Positions 8,987 to 18,812 of a DNA stretch of 61,912 nucleotides are shown one piece after another. Source of the stretch: a bacterium (GTDB taxonomy: Bacteria; Patescibacteriota; Minisyncoccia; Phycocordibacterales; JABMNX01); assembly GCA_002687905.1 (NCBI GenBank), contig NZBM01000008.1, forward strand, positions 1-61,912. Reading direction: 5' to 3'. The position numbers and the translations under genes are program-made. The notes beneath the pieces are model-generated. The model was not told where the DNA came from. It searched no databases and worked only from the letters and a program-made list of their open reading frames with translations. The stretch's first letter is position 1. Every line of letters starts with the position of its first letter.

Positions 8987-10345
8987 ATGTATCATATATT
9001 CACAATGAAGACTTTAATAAAAACCTTAGAAGGTTTTGCCATAGCTCCACCGGTAGTACTCACACCAATTTTGTTGGCACTTCTGTATGCTTCCTACAGG
9101 ATAGTTCCAGAATTTGTAGAGGCTACTTTTAGATCAATTTTTGTCTTATCTCCGATATGGCTTCCAGTTGTATTTGTAATAGTTTTCTGGAAAATATGGG
9201 TTCCTTATATTCGTTCATATTTGGAGTTTTATGGTCAGGAAAAGATTTTGCTTGAGGTTCGTATACCTCGGGAAGTTGTAAAGTCACCCCTTGCAATGGA
9301 GACGATAATAACTAATTTGCATGCGGGTTTTGGAGAGACGAGTTTTATAGACCGGTATGTTACAGGAAAAACCCGTGCCTGGTTTTCTCTTGAAATAGTT
9401 TCTATAGAAGGAGAAATACATTTTTATATTTGGACACGAAAATTCCTTAAAAATTTTATCGAGGCTCAGATATATGGCCAATATCCTGATATGGAAGTAA
9501 AGGAAGTAAACGACTATGCTTCTGAATTCTCATATGATAAAGAGAAATACAGTCTCTTCGGGTGTGATCTTCAATTAACAGATTTAGATGCATATCCAAT
9601 AAAGACATATGTTGACTATGGTCTTTCAGATGATCCTAAAGAGGAACTAAAAGTTGATCCAATGTCAGGGTTTTTTGAGTTTTTAAGTAAGATGGGACCA
9701 GGGGAGCAGATTTGGCTTCAGATGATTATTAGAGTTAATAAAGGGGATCGCCCTGAAGATAAAATATTTAAACCCGGATTTCCATTTGGCACTACTACAA
9801 CATGGAAAGATGAAGCCAAAAGTGAAATAGAAAAAATAAGAAAAGAAGCAACACCGGAAGTGCCAGATTTTAATGATCCAACAAAAGTTACGAGAGGATT
9901 TCCAAATCCAACGCCCGGGCAAGTTGAAAAACTGAAGGCAATAGATAGAACGCTTGGGAAAATTCCCTTTGATACGGGTATGCGTGTAATTTATCTTGCG
10001 AAAAAAGATAATTTCAATGGTGCAAATATTCCATCTCTACTGTTGTCATTCAGACAATTAAGTGCTCCAAATCATAACTCAATTGGGCCTGTAAGGTGGC
10101 ATATAATGTTTGATTATCCTTGGCAGGATTTTCGTGGTCTCAGAGAAGAACGTATGAGAAGAAGGCTGGCAGATGCTTACAGAAGGAGAGCCTGGTTTCA
10201 TTCACCGTATAAAACAAAATCATTTATTATGAGTGCTGAAGAATTAGCAACAATATTTCATTTCCCGGGAGCAGTGTCAGAGGCGCCTTCACTTCCTAGA
10301 ATAACTTCAAGGCGCGGAGAAGCTCCGGCGAATTTGCCAACGTAA
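8987..10345 (+). CDS. conserved hypothetical membrane protein
   Basis: Two N-terminal TM helices, then a large soluble domain ending in EELATIFHFPG; start set to ATG 8987. Confidence 0.5.
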   Translation: MYHIFTMKTLIKTLEGFAIAPPVVLTPILLALLYASYRIVPEFVEATFRSIFVLSPIWLPVVFVIVFWKIWVPYIRSYLEFYGQEKILLEVRIPREVVKSPLAMETIITNLHAGFGETSFIDRYVTGKTRAWFSLEIVSIEGEIHFYIWTRKFLKNFIEAQIYGQYPDMEVKEVNDYASEFSYDKEKYSLFGCDLQLTDLDAYPIKTYVDYGLSDDPKEELKVDPMSGFFEFLSKMGPGEQIWLQMIIRVNKGDRPEDKIFKPGFPFGTTTTWKDEAKSEIEKIRKEATPEVPDFNDPTKVTRGFPNPTPGQVEKLKAIDRTLGKIPFDTGMRVIYLAKKDNFNGANIPSLLLSFRQLSAPNHNSIGPVRWHIMFDYPWQDFRGLREERMRRRLADAYRRRAWFHSPYKTKSFIMSAEELATIFHFPGAVSEAPSLPRITSRRGEAPANLPT

Positions 10346-10346
10346 T

Positions 10347-11357
10347 ATGGATCAGCTGATTAAAACTAATGTCGGTCTTGCTCAAAATAGAGCGAAAGAC
10401 TGGTTAAGTAATGATAGAAATCGCTACCTAACGATAGGTTTTGTTGTGCTTGGTGTGGTCTCTTTTTTCCATGTCCTCTTTCTTAGTGCACCGACCGGTT
10501 TTCCAATACAGAGCACTATAAAGATTGAAGAAGGAACAACATTGGGACAAATAGTTGATCAGTTTAAGGAAGATAAGTTGATTCGCTCTCCATTTCTAAT
10601 GAAGGCATTTGTTGTAATTCTTGGTGGAGATAGAAACGTAATGGCAGGCGATTACTATATGGGGGTAAAACAAAATGTAATGGCGATTGCAAGGAGAGTT
10701 ACGTCAGGTGCCTTTGCGTTTGATCCTATCGCGATAAGTGTTCCCGAGGGAGCAACAATAAGCGATATGTCAATAATATTCTCTCGCCGACTACCTGAGT
10801 TTGATGAAAGAAGATTCCTGTCAATAGCAGAAGATGAGGAAGGTTATCTATTCCCTGATACGTATTTCTTTTTGCCAAATACAACTGACGTTCAGGTAGT
10901 AGATGTAATGCGTGAGACTTTTAAGAAGCGAATTGAAAGTATATCTGAAGAAATAGAGGCATTTGGCAAATCGGTGGAAGATATAATTATAATGGCCTCT
11001 ATCTTAGAGAAGGAAGCGCGAAGACTTCAGACAAAAAAGAAGATATCCGGAATCTTATGGAAAAGAATATCTATAGGTATGCCACTTCAAGTTGATGCTG
11101 TATTTCCTTACATAATAGGTAAAAATACATTTGAACTTACATTAGAGGACTTGAGAAATGAGTCTCCATACAATACGTATGTACATAAAGGACTTCCACC
11201 AACTCCGATAGCAAATCCTGGCCTTAACTCTATACTTGCAGCGGTAACTCCAATCGAGAGTAATTATTTGTTTTATTTAGCAGACAGAGATGGAATTACT
11301 CACTACAGCGCGACTTTTGAAGAGCATAAGAGAAAGAAAAGACTTTATCTAAACTAG
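10347..11357 (+). CDS. mltG: endolytic murein transglycosylase MltG (YceG-like)
   Basis: N-terminal TM anchor, GYLFPDTYFF and ASILEKEA motifs. Confidence 0.85.
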   Translation: MDQLIKTNVGLAQNRAKDWLSNDRNRYLTIGFVVLGVVSFFHVLFLSAPTGFPIQSTIKIEEGTTLGQIVDQFKEDKLIRSPFLMKAFVVILGGDRNVMAGDYYMGVKQNVMAIARRVTSGAFAFDPIAISVPEGATISDMSIIFSRRLPEFDERRFLSIAEDEEGYLFPDTYFFLPNTTDVQVVDVMRETFKKRIESISEEIEAFGKSVEDIIIMASILEKEARRLQTKKKISGILWKRISIGMPLQVDAVFPYIIGKNTFELTLEDLRNESPYNTYVHKGLPPTPIANPGLNSILAAVTPIESNYLFYLADRDGITHYSATFEEHKRKKRLYLN

Positions 11358-11392
11358 CTTGTAATAATAGACTTAATAAGTTATCTAAAGGC

Positions 11393-12442
11393 ATGGCTAA
11401 AGATGCTAAAACTGTTTTTGTTGGATTAAGTGGGGGAGTTGATTCCTCGGTAGCGGCAGGACTCCTTAAAGATGCCGGTTATAAGGTTGAGGGAGTTTTT
11501 ATCAAGGTGTGGCGACCGCCTTTTTTGAAGTGCTCGTGGAGTGACGACAGGTTGGACGCTATGCGGGTTTGCGCTCATCTTGAAATCCCTTTTCGTGATC
11601 TAGATCTAAGCGGTGAGTACAAGAGTGAAGTAGTTGATTATATGGTTTCAGAGTATAAGAGGGGCAGAACCCCAAATCCTGATGTAATGTGTAATAAACA
11701 CATTAAGTTTGGAAAATTTCTTGATTATGCAAAAAGAGAAGGAGCGGAATATGTTGCAACAGGTCACTATGCAAGAGTGGAAAAGAGAGGTGGTGAATTT
11801 ATATTAAAAAAAGGAAAGGATGAAAATAAAGATCAGTCATATTTCTTATGGACGTTAGGAAAAGACGAACTTGAAAATGTATGGTTTCCGATAGGGGATT
11901 ATAAAAAATCAGAAACAAGAAAATTGGCAGAGAAATTTGGACTTCCAACTGCAAGTAAAAAAGAGAGCCAAGGACTTTGCTTTTTGGGTGAGATTGATTT
12001 GAAGGAGTTTTTAGGTGAATTTATGGAGTTAAAATCCGGAGATGTTCTTGATGAGGATGGTAACAAAATCGGTGCTCACGACGGAGCGATAATTTATACA
12101 GTAGGACAAAGGCATGGATTTAGGGTTAAGAGTGAGAAAGGATCTCCCCATTATGTTATTTCTCGTGATATGTCCAAAAATACTATTACGGTTTCAACAA
12201 AGCCGCCCACTTTAGACATAAAAGATTCTTATAAACTTGAAGACATAAACTGGATAAGTGGTAACCCCAAAGAAGATTACACATATTTTGCTAGGATTCG
12301 TCATCAAGGGAGTTTAATACCCTGTAACATTATAGATAGTAATAAAGTAAAGTTTCTATCAAAAGTGGATTCTCTAGCCGCTGGTCAGTCGTTGGTTCTT
12401 TATGTCAATGAGTTGTGTATTGGTGGAGGGGTAATAGAATAG
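11393..12442 (+). CDS. mnmA: tRNA 2-thiouridine(34) synthase MnmA
   Basis: VGLSGGVDSSVAA PP-loop, NPDVMCN, DQSYFL, ESQGLCF motifs. Confidence 0.9.
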   Translation: MAKDAKTVFVGLSGGVDSSVAAGLLKDAGYKVEGVFIKVWRPPFLKCSWSDDRLDAMRVCAHLEIPFRDLDLSGEYKSEVVDYMVSEYKRGRTPNPDVMCNKHIKFGKFLDYAKREGAEYVATGHYARVEKRGGEFILKKGKDENKDQSYFLWTLGKDELENVWFPIGDYKKSETRKLAEKFGLPTASKKESQGLCFLGEIDLKEFLGEFMELKSGDVLDEDGNKIGAHDGAIIYTVGQRHGFRVKSEKGSPHYVISRDMSKNTITVSTKPPTLDIKDSYKLEDINWISGNPKEDYTYFARIRHQGSLIPCNIIDSNKVKFLSKVDSLAAGQSLVLYVNELCIGGGVIE

Positions 12443-12463
12443 AAGCGTGGTAATATATTTCAA

Positions 12464-12895
12464 ATGAAGAAATTGCTCGAAGATCAAAAGACTTTAATAT
12501 CAGTTGCTGTCCTTGTCCTTGTTGCGGTATTTGTTTATGTCTCAATAGATAGAATTCCTATTGAAAGTCTAACAAAAGGAAATGGAGAAGGCATTGTTGC
12601 AAAGCATTTCTATGATGGAAAGGTTCATAAAGTTGTTGGGACAGTTGATTTACCAACTCCTTGTCATTATTTAGAAACGAAGATAGCCGTGGCAGAAAGT
12701 TTTCCCGAACAAGTTACGATTCTACTTACTCCAATGTCAAACTCTGAAATGTGCGCGCAAGTAATAACTGAGCAGACTTTTATAGCTTCGTTTGCGGCAG
12801 ACGGGCGAGCGAGCATTTCAACAAAACTGAATGGAGAAAACGTACCACTTGAGCTTGTTGAAGTTGAGTCAGACAGAGACTTGGAGACTTTCTAA
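12464..12895 (+). CDS. hypothetical membrane-anchored protein
   Basis: ORF with a single N-terminal TM helix. Confidence 0.45.
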   Translation: MKKLLEDQKTLISVAVLVLVAVFVYVSIDRIPIESLTKGNGEGIVAKHFYDGKVHKVVGTVDLPTPCHYLETKIAVAESFPEQVTILLTPMSNSEMCAQVITEQTFIASFAADGRASISTKLNGENVPLELVEVESDRDLETF

Positions 12896-12910
12896 TGAAA
12901 ATGCAAAAAC

Positions 12911-13750
12911 ATGCTAATTACAAAAGCTAATGGAGAGCAGGAAGAGTTTGACGATAATAAATTAAAACAATCACTTAAGCGTTCTGGAGCAGAGAAGAGA
13001 GTTGCTGACTATATTACCGAGCATGTTGTCTCTGAGCTAAAGGATGGAATGTCTACAGAACAAATCTATAGCCACGCTTTTGATTTACTAAAAAAAGAAG
13101 AGCAAGATCCTGCGGCAGCCAGGTATTCTCTTAAAAGGGCGGTGCTTGATCTAGGACCAAGTGGTTTCTCTTTTGAGGATTTTGTTTCAGAGATTTATAG
13201 AGAAAAAGGCTACAAAGTTATGACTGGAACAATGGTGGATGGTAAGTGTGCTAGTCACGAAGTAGATATTCTGGCCCACTCAAAAGATCATACATTTGCA
13301 GGAGAGATAAAATTTCATAATAAACTTGGTTTTAAGACTGGTTTAAGAGTGGCGCTTTATGTGTTTGCAAGATTCGATGACCTTAGGAACAATAGAGATA
13401 ATCACGAAGAGGATTACAAAATTGATGATGGATTCCTTATTACAAATACAAAATTCACCAAAAACGCTGAAAAATATGCAAAATGCGTAGGACTTTCTTT
13501 AACCGGGTGGAATTACCCAGAAAAAGGAGGACTTCAAGATTTAATAGAGGAGACGTCCCTACATCCAATTACATGTCTTACGTCTCTTTCAAATGAGGAG
13601 AAAAAGAAACTTCTTGATAATAAACTAGTGCTTTGTAGGTCCATTAAAGGAAATCACAAAGTGCTCCTTAAGCACGGAATATCGCCCGATAGAGCCCAGA
13701 ATATTATAAAAGAGGCTTCGGTCTTGTGCCAACCTGGCACTGGGGTGTAA
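12911..13750 (+). CDS. ATP-cone domain protein fused to a restriction-endonuclease-like (Mrr-type) domain
   Basis: N-terminal KANGEQEEFDDNKLKQSLKRSGA (ATP-cone like); central HEVDILAH...GEIKFH resembles a D-x(n)-E-x-K nuclease core. Confidence 0.55.
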   Translation: MLITKANGEQEEFDDNKLKQSLKRSGAEKRVADYITEHVVSELKDGMSTEQIYSHAFDLLKKEEQDPAAARYSLKRAVLDLGPSGFSFEDFVSEIYREKGYKVMTGTMVDGKCASHEVDILAHSKDHTFAGEIKFHNKLGFKTGLRVALYVFARFDDLRNNRDNHEEDYKIDDGFLITNTKFTKNAEKYAKCVGLSLTGWNYPEKGGLQDLIEETSLHPITCLTSLSNEEKKKLLDNKLVLCRSIKGNHKVLLKHGISPDRAQNIIKEASVLCQPGTGV

Positions 13751-13761
13751 AATGCGCCCAT

Positions 13762-14274
13762 ATGGAATTTATACACACACAGACTTTTAGAGTCACAACA
13801 GCTTTTATTATAGGTCTAGTAGTCGGGGGTAGCGGGGTTTGGGCACTTTTTGCTAAAAAAGTGGAAGCTCCAGAGGAACAGACAGCAGCAGTAGTAGAGG
13901 TAATAAATGAACCAATAGTTGGGTTAGTTGATACAACGCCAAGCACAGAGTTAAGTAAAAACCCAGCAATTCACGTAAGTAATCAATCATCTGGCGATAG
14001 CGTAATTATTGAAAAAGTAGTTCTTGAAGAAGACGGTTGGGTAGTAATCCACGAAGGAACGGAAAGCAGTATTGGAAATGCACTTGGCGCTACAAGGCTT
14101 GATGCGGGGGAGCACCAGACAACAGTTGAACTTCTTCGCGCAACGGAGGCAGGAAACATTTACAGAGCTGTACTTTATAGAGACAGTGGGGACAGGGCTT
14201 TTGGTCTGGATAAAGATTTCCCAGTAATTGATTCGAGTGGGGGCCCTGTAATGACAATGTTTGTAATAAATTAG
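13762..14274 (+). CDS. hypothetical secreted/membrane-anchored protein
   Basis: Start moved to ATG 13762, after the stop of the previous gene; N-terminal TM helix. Confidence 0.45.
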   Translation: MEFIHTQTFRVTTAFIIGLVVGGSGVWALFAKKVEAPEEQTAAVVEVINEPIVGLVDTTPSTELSKNPAIHVSNQSSGDSVIIEKVVLEEDGWVVIHEGTESSIGNALGATRLDAGEHQTTVELLRATEAGNIYRAVLYRDSGDRAFGLDKDFPVIDSSGGPVMTMFVIN

Positions 14275-14763
14275 ATGGAAGTATTCGTACCAAGTTCAAC
14301 ACTAATAGTATTTGGTCAATTGCTATTGGCTATGCTCCTTGGAATGCTCCTTGGTACAGAGCGTTCAGTTCTTGCTGGAAAGCGTGCCGGGACTAGAACT
14401 TTTGCGCTTGTTTCAATGGGGTCGTGCCTCTTCACTATAGTTTCAGTAATTGTAACTACTAGCTATATCGGAATAGCAAACTTTGACCCAATGCGGCTAT
14501 CTGCGGGCATTATCACTGGAGTAGGCTTTCTTGGCGCTGGAGTAATAATTTTCCGCGACGATATGCTAAAAGGACTCACCACTGCGGCCGGGCTTTGGGT
14601 TTCGGCAGCTATTGGAGTTGCGGTAGGTTTTGGACTATACATAATTGCGATATTTACGACACTTTTGACACTTTTGGTGTTCACAGCCATTTGGTTTATA
14701 GAAGACCATTTAAAGGAATGGACCGAAAAGTTTCCTCATATTGGAAAGAAAGAGGAGGAATAG
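14275..14763 (+). CDS. MgtC/SapB family membrane protein
   Basis: LGTERSVLAGKRAGTRTFALVSMGS matches the MgtC signature region. Confidence 0.75.
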   Translation: MEVFVPSSTLIVFGQLLLAMLLGMLLGTERSVLAGKRAGTRTFALVSMGSCLFTIVSVIVTTSYIGIANFDPMRLSAGIITGVGFLGAGVIIFRDDMLKGLTTAAGLWVSAAIGVAVGFGLYIIAIFTTLLTLLVFTAIWFIEDHLKEWTEKFPHIGKKEEE

Positions 14764-14784
14764 TGGTTGTGCTATACTCAGCCG

Positions 14785-15567
14785 ATGGCAGTATATAACC
14801 CAGATCGCGGGAGTACGTGGAACTATGGAGGTGCAAAATGGCGGCTCTCTCGCTCAAAAATAGACTTTTTCATTGAGTGTCCTCGATGCTTTTATTTAGA
14901 TAACAAACTTGGAACAAAGCGTCCTCCTGGGTATCCGCTAACGCTAAATGTGGCGGTAGACACTCTTTTAAAGAAGGAATTTGATATACATCGAAAAGCT
15001 AAAAGCTCGCATCCTTTAATGGAGCAGTATGGAATAGACGCAGTTCCTTTTGAGCACAAAGATATTGATTTATGGCGAGACAATTTTAAAGGCATTGAGT
15101 ACAAGCACGAGTCGACGGGCTTTACGGTCTCTGGTGCCGTGGATGATGTTTGGGTTAAACCAAATGGAGAATTAATAATTGTTGACTATAAAGCAACAAG
15201 CAAAGAAGGTGAGGTAAATTTAGATGCCCCATGGCAAGATGGATATAAAAGACAAATGGAGGTCTACCAGTGGCTTTTTAGACAAAACGGATTTGAAGTT
15301 TCAGACACAGGATATTTTGTATATGTAAATGGAGATACTGATAAGGAAGCGTTTGACGGGAAGCTTGAATTTGATGTTAAAGTTCTTCCGTATACTGGAA
15401 ATGGTGACTGGATTGAAAAGACACTTTTAGATATTAAAAAATGTCTTGATAGCAATTCAATCCCAGAGAAAGGTGAGTTTTGCGAGTATTGTCCGTATAG
15501 AGAAGTGTCCGGGAAAAAATTACAAAGGTTATATCTTGAGAGTAAAGAGGATCCCAAGCTTTTCTAA
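14785..15567 (+). CDS. PD-(D/E)XK nuclease superfamily protein (Cas4/RecB-like) with two CxxC pairs
   Basis: GAVDDVW...LIIVDYKAT (D...D-x-K core), CPRC near the N-terminus and CEYC near the C-terminus; start set to ATG 14785. Confidence 0.6.
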   Translation: MAVYNPDRGSTWNYGGAKWRLSRSKIDFFIECPRCFYLDNKLGTKRPPGYPLTLNVAVDTLLKKEFDIHRKAKSSHPLMEQYGIDAVPFEHKDIDLWRDNFKGIEYKHESTGFTVSGAVDDVWVKPNGELIIVDYKATSKEGEVNLDAPWQDGYKRQMEVYQWLFRQNGFEVSDTGYFVYVNGDTDKEAFDGKLEFDVKVLPYTGNGDWIEKTLLDIKKCLDSNSIPEKGEFCEYCPYREVSGKKLQRLYLESKEDPKLF

Positions 15568-15568
15568 T

Positions 15569-15817
15569 ATGTTTAAAGATAGAGTTATAAAAATAGTAAG
15601 AGATATACCAAAAGGGAAAACTCTTACTTATAAAGAGGTCGCAGCACTTGCAGGTTCCCCAAACGCATCGCGTGCGGTGGGAAATATAATGAAAGGAAAT
15701 CTGGACAAAGACGTGCTGTGTCACAGAGTTGTAAAGTCAGACGGCACAACTGGCGGATATAATCGCGGAAAGGACGCAAAAAAGAGAAAACTTCGCGAGG
15801 AGGGAGCGATAAAATGA
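15569..15817 (+). CDS. MGMT-family DNA-binding domain protein (short, 82 aa)
   Basis: IPKGKTLTYKEVAALAGSPNASRAVGNIM...LCHRVV; PCHR-type site reads LCHR; start ATG 15569. Confidence 0.7.
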   Translation: MFKDRVIKIVRDIPKGKTLTYKEVAALAGSPNASRAVGNIMKGNLDKDVLCHRVVKSDGTTGGYNRGKDAKKRKLREEGAIK

Positions 15818-16407
15818 GTAAAACTGACGAGATGAAGAAAGTTCGCGACGAGGTTGTCGGACTCACTGCTTCACCGCTCTATGTTTATCGTAAAGAAAGT
15901 GGCAATTTACCTGTGATAGGCGAGGGGAATCACGACGCAAATATTTTATTTGTAGGAGAAGCACCAGGACGAAATGAAGCAAAGACAGGCAGACCTTTTT
16001 GCGGAGCCGCCGGAAAAATATTAGACGAACTGTTAGAGTCTATAGGAGTGGCTAGAGAATCTGTTTATATTACAAATATAGTGAAAGACAGACCGCCTGA
16101 AAACAGAGACCCGTCGCCATCTGAGATTGAAATATATGGCCCGTTTCTTGATAGGCAGATTGAAATAATTGAGCCTAAAGTAATAGCTCCGCTTGGACGT
16201 TACGCTATGGGTTATATAATGGAAAAGTTCGATTTGGGAGCAGAACTAGAACCAATAAGTGTGGCTCATGGGAAATTGTACAAAACCGGTTCACTTTTTG
16301 GTGAGATGACAATCTCGCCAATGTATCACCCAGCTGCAGCAATTTATACAAGAGCTCTTAAAGATACACTGCTTGAGGATTTTAAAATACTTAAACAATT
16401 TAGATGA
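15814..16407 (+). CDS. uracil-DNA glycosylase, family 4
   Basis: ILFVGEAPGRNE and GRPFCGAAGKIL motifs; HPAA near the C-terminus. Confidence 0.85.
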   Translation: MSKTDEMKKVRDEVVGLTASPLYVYRKESGNLPVIGEGNHDANILFVGEAPGRNEAKTGRPFCGAAGKILDELLESIGVARESVYITNIVKDRPPENRDPSPSEIEIYGPFLDRQIEIIEPKVIAPLGRYAMGYIMEKFDLGAELEPISVAHGKLYKTGSLFGEMTISPMYHPAAAIYTRALKDTLLEDFKILKQFR

Positions 16408-16976
16408 AATATACAGAGAGGATAGAAAAAGCAATACAAACCGCATCAACTCTTCATAGGAATCAAAAAAGGAAGAGTGATAAGGAATTACCTTACGTAT
16501 CGCACCTATTTTCTGTAGCAACAATACTTTCAGAACATACGGACGATGAGGACGTAATTGTTGCTGGGTTTCTACATGACGCGATAGAGGATACAGAGTA
16601 TACGAAAAAAGAGTTAGAAAAAGACTTTGGAAAAAAGGTTACAGAAATTGTTCTTGATGTTAGTGAGGACAATATAAGGGATGGAAAAGTGAGGCCTTGG
16701 AAAGATAGAAAAGAAAGATATATAAAACACTTAAAGGTAGCATCAGAGGACGCACTTCTGGTTTCGACCGCAGATAAGCTCCATAATCTTCATTCGATCA
16801 TTAATGAATGTGAGAAGGTGGGGAATAAATTTTTGGAAAAACTATCGACTGGTCCAGAAGAACAAATATGGTTTAATGAATCAGTACTTGAAGTTCTAAA
16901 AAAGCGAATAGATAACAAGTTGGTAGATAAGTTTGAGGAAGAGGTGATAAAATTCAAAGAATTAGCTTTAAAGTAG
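16404..16976 (+). CDS. HD-domain phosphohydrolase (RelA/SpoT hydrolase-like)
   Basis: YVSHLFSVATIL...AGFLHDAIEDT HD signature. Confidence 0.7.
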   Translation: MKYTERIEKAIQTASTLHRNQKRKSDKELPYVSHLFSVATILSEHTDDEDVIVAGFLHDAIEDTEYTKKELEKDFGKKVTEIVLDVSEDNIRDGKVRPWKDRKERYIKHLKVASEDALLVSTADKLHNLHSIINECEKVGNKFLEKLSTGPEEQIWFNESVLEVLKKRIDNKLVDKFEEEVIKFKELALK

Positions 16977-16977
16977 T

Positions 16978-17400
16978 ATGTGGCTTTTCTACGCATTTCT
17001 TTCAGCAATAGCGGCAGCGGCGGTTGCTATCTTTGCAAAGCTTGGTCTTGAGGACTTAGATTCAACTCTTGCGACCACAATTCGTGCCATCATTATGGCT
17101 GGTTTTTTGGTCCTTGTAAGCGTGTTTTTGAAAAAATTTGACGGCTTTTCCTTGACTAGTCTTGGCTCAAAGGAGTGGCTTTTAATATTTGCTGCAGGTA
17201 TAGCAGGAGCTCTGTCATGGCTCTTTTATTTCTTTGCTCTAAAGGCGGGTATTGCAACAGGCGTAGTAGCGATAGATCGGCTAAGTATAGTCTTTGTTGT
17301 ATTTCTAGCAGCGCTTTTCTTGGGAGAGACGCTTGGCTGGCAGGCGGTGGTAGGAGCACTTCTAATGGTTGGAGGTGCGCTTTTAATTACACTTCGTTAA
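16978..17400 (+). CDS. EamA-like small DMT-superfamily transporter
   Basis: 140 aa, 4-5 TM helices, EamA-like pattern. Confidence 0.6.
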   Translation: MWLFYAFLSAIAAAAVAIFAKLGLEDLDSTLATTIRAIIMAGFLVLVSVFLKKFDGFSLTSLGSKEWLLIFAAGIAGALSWLFYFFALKAGIATGVVAIDRLSIVFVVFLAALFLGETLGWQAVVGALLMVGGALLITLR

Positions 17401-18663
17401 TTAAGAAATAAGAGGTAAGAGCTCTCTCTCCTTAATCTCCGGCCCAATTCCAGCAAGTCTGAAATTTTCTGGCCTGAGTAGCTTCTTTGCAAGTTCTTCA
17501 ACTTGCTCTTTTGTTACGGACTCAATTTTTCGCTTCTCCTCTTCAAAGTCGTCTGTTTTTCTATAGAAAAGCTCGTTGTAGGCAAAGTGGTTTGCCACCT
17601 TCTCTGTATCTTCAGTCTCTAAGTCAATCTGACCCACAAGATATCCTTTTGCTTTCTCCAATTCCTTTTCACTAATTCCATTCTTAACTACGTCATCATA
17701 TTCATATCTAATTGCCTCAATTGCCTTTAATACATCTCCGAGTTTTACTCCTGCGCGAGTAGTGAGATAGCCGGTATCTGTAAATCCGTCTGTTTCGGTG
17801 TGTATTGAATAACTTAGTCCTTTTTCCTCTCTTACATTTTGGAACATCCTTGCAGACATGTTTCCACCTAATATGGCAGCTAAAACGCGCAGAGTAGGAT
17901 ATTCCTCACTTTGCTCAGACATAGCTCTAACACCGAAGTTTATATGGTACTGTTCGGTGTTTTTTTCTCGAATGGAATATTTTTTCTTTGCCAAATCAGG
18001 GTCAAAAGATACGTGCTCTCGATTTTTATCTCCGTCTTCAAACTGGAAGTATTTTTCTGCCTTATCTATATCTTTTTCATCAACAGCTCCCGCTATCGTG
18101 ATCACAATATTTTTTGGCACGTACAGGTCGTTCATATAATTTCTAAAATCCTGCTGTCTTACTGATTTTATGAATTCTTTTGTTCCAATTTGATCTCGCC
18201 CAAGTGGTTGGTCTCCAAAGATGAGGGACTCAATGTCCCACATTATCTGATACGTTGGTGTATCTTGATACATTGCCATTTCCTCAAGTATTACACCTCG
18301 CTCCTTTTCAATTTCCTCTGGAGGAAACTTTGCGTGAAGGAGCATATCACTTAATACATCAAGTGATATATCCAAGTTTACCTTTCCCGTTTTTACATAA
18401 TAGCCGACCTGCTCTTTTCCCGTAAACGCATTAAATTTTCCGCCCACAGCGTCCACTGACTCACTTACTGACTTTGGGGTAGGGAATTTCTTAGCACCTT
18501 TAAAGAACATATGCTCAAGGAAATGTGCAATTCCTGATATCTCCATCTCTTCATGTCTTGAGCCGGCGCCAGCAAGGACAAGCGTAGTTACTACGTTTGT
18601 ACCGGGCATCTCAACCGCCTGAATTCTTAAGCCATTTTTAAGTGTTCTTTTATGTAGCTTCAT
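17401..18663 (-). CDS. M16 family (insulinase-like) zinc peptidase
   Basis: GIAHFLEHMFFKG inverted zinc motif HxxEH. Confidence 0.85.
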   Translation of the reverse strand: MKLHKRTLKNGLRIQAVEMPGTNVVTTLVLAGAGSRHEEMEISGIAHFLEHMFFKGAKKFPTPKSVSESVDAVGGKFNAFTGKEQVGYYVKTGKVNLDISLDVLSDMLLHAKFPPEEIEKERGVILEEMAMYQDTPTYQIMWDIESLIFGDQPLGRDQIGTKEFIKSVRQQDFRNYMNDLYVPKNIVITIAGAVDEKDIDKAEKYFQFEDGDKNREHVSFDPDLAKKKYSIREKNTEQYHINFGVRAMSEQSEEYPTLRVLAAILGGNMSARMFQNVREEKGLSYSIHTETDGFTDTGYLTTRAGVKLGDVLKAIEAIRYEYDDVVKNGISEKELEKAKGYLVGQIDLETEDTEKVANHFAYNELFYRKTDDFEEEKRKIESVTKEQVEELAKKLLRPENFRLAGIGPEIKERELLPLIS

Positions 18664-18715
18664 AAATGCAAATAGTAAGCTAAATCATAATAATTTCAAG
18701 AAAGCAAAATAACAG

Positions 18716-18757
18716 CCATTCTCCACTTCTACTCCATGGAGTAGAAGTGGAGAATGG
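18716..18757. repeat. perfect 42-nt palindrome CCATTCTCCA-N9-CCATGG-N9-TGGAGAATGG (family 2, copy 1)
   Basis: The sequence equals its own reverse complement; followed by GTTTTTTG. Confidence 0.9.
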
Positions 18758-18812
18758 GTTTTTTGTAAAGTCGTGATGATAAGTGTGAAATTAACGTGAT
18801 ATAACCACGCTA

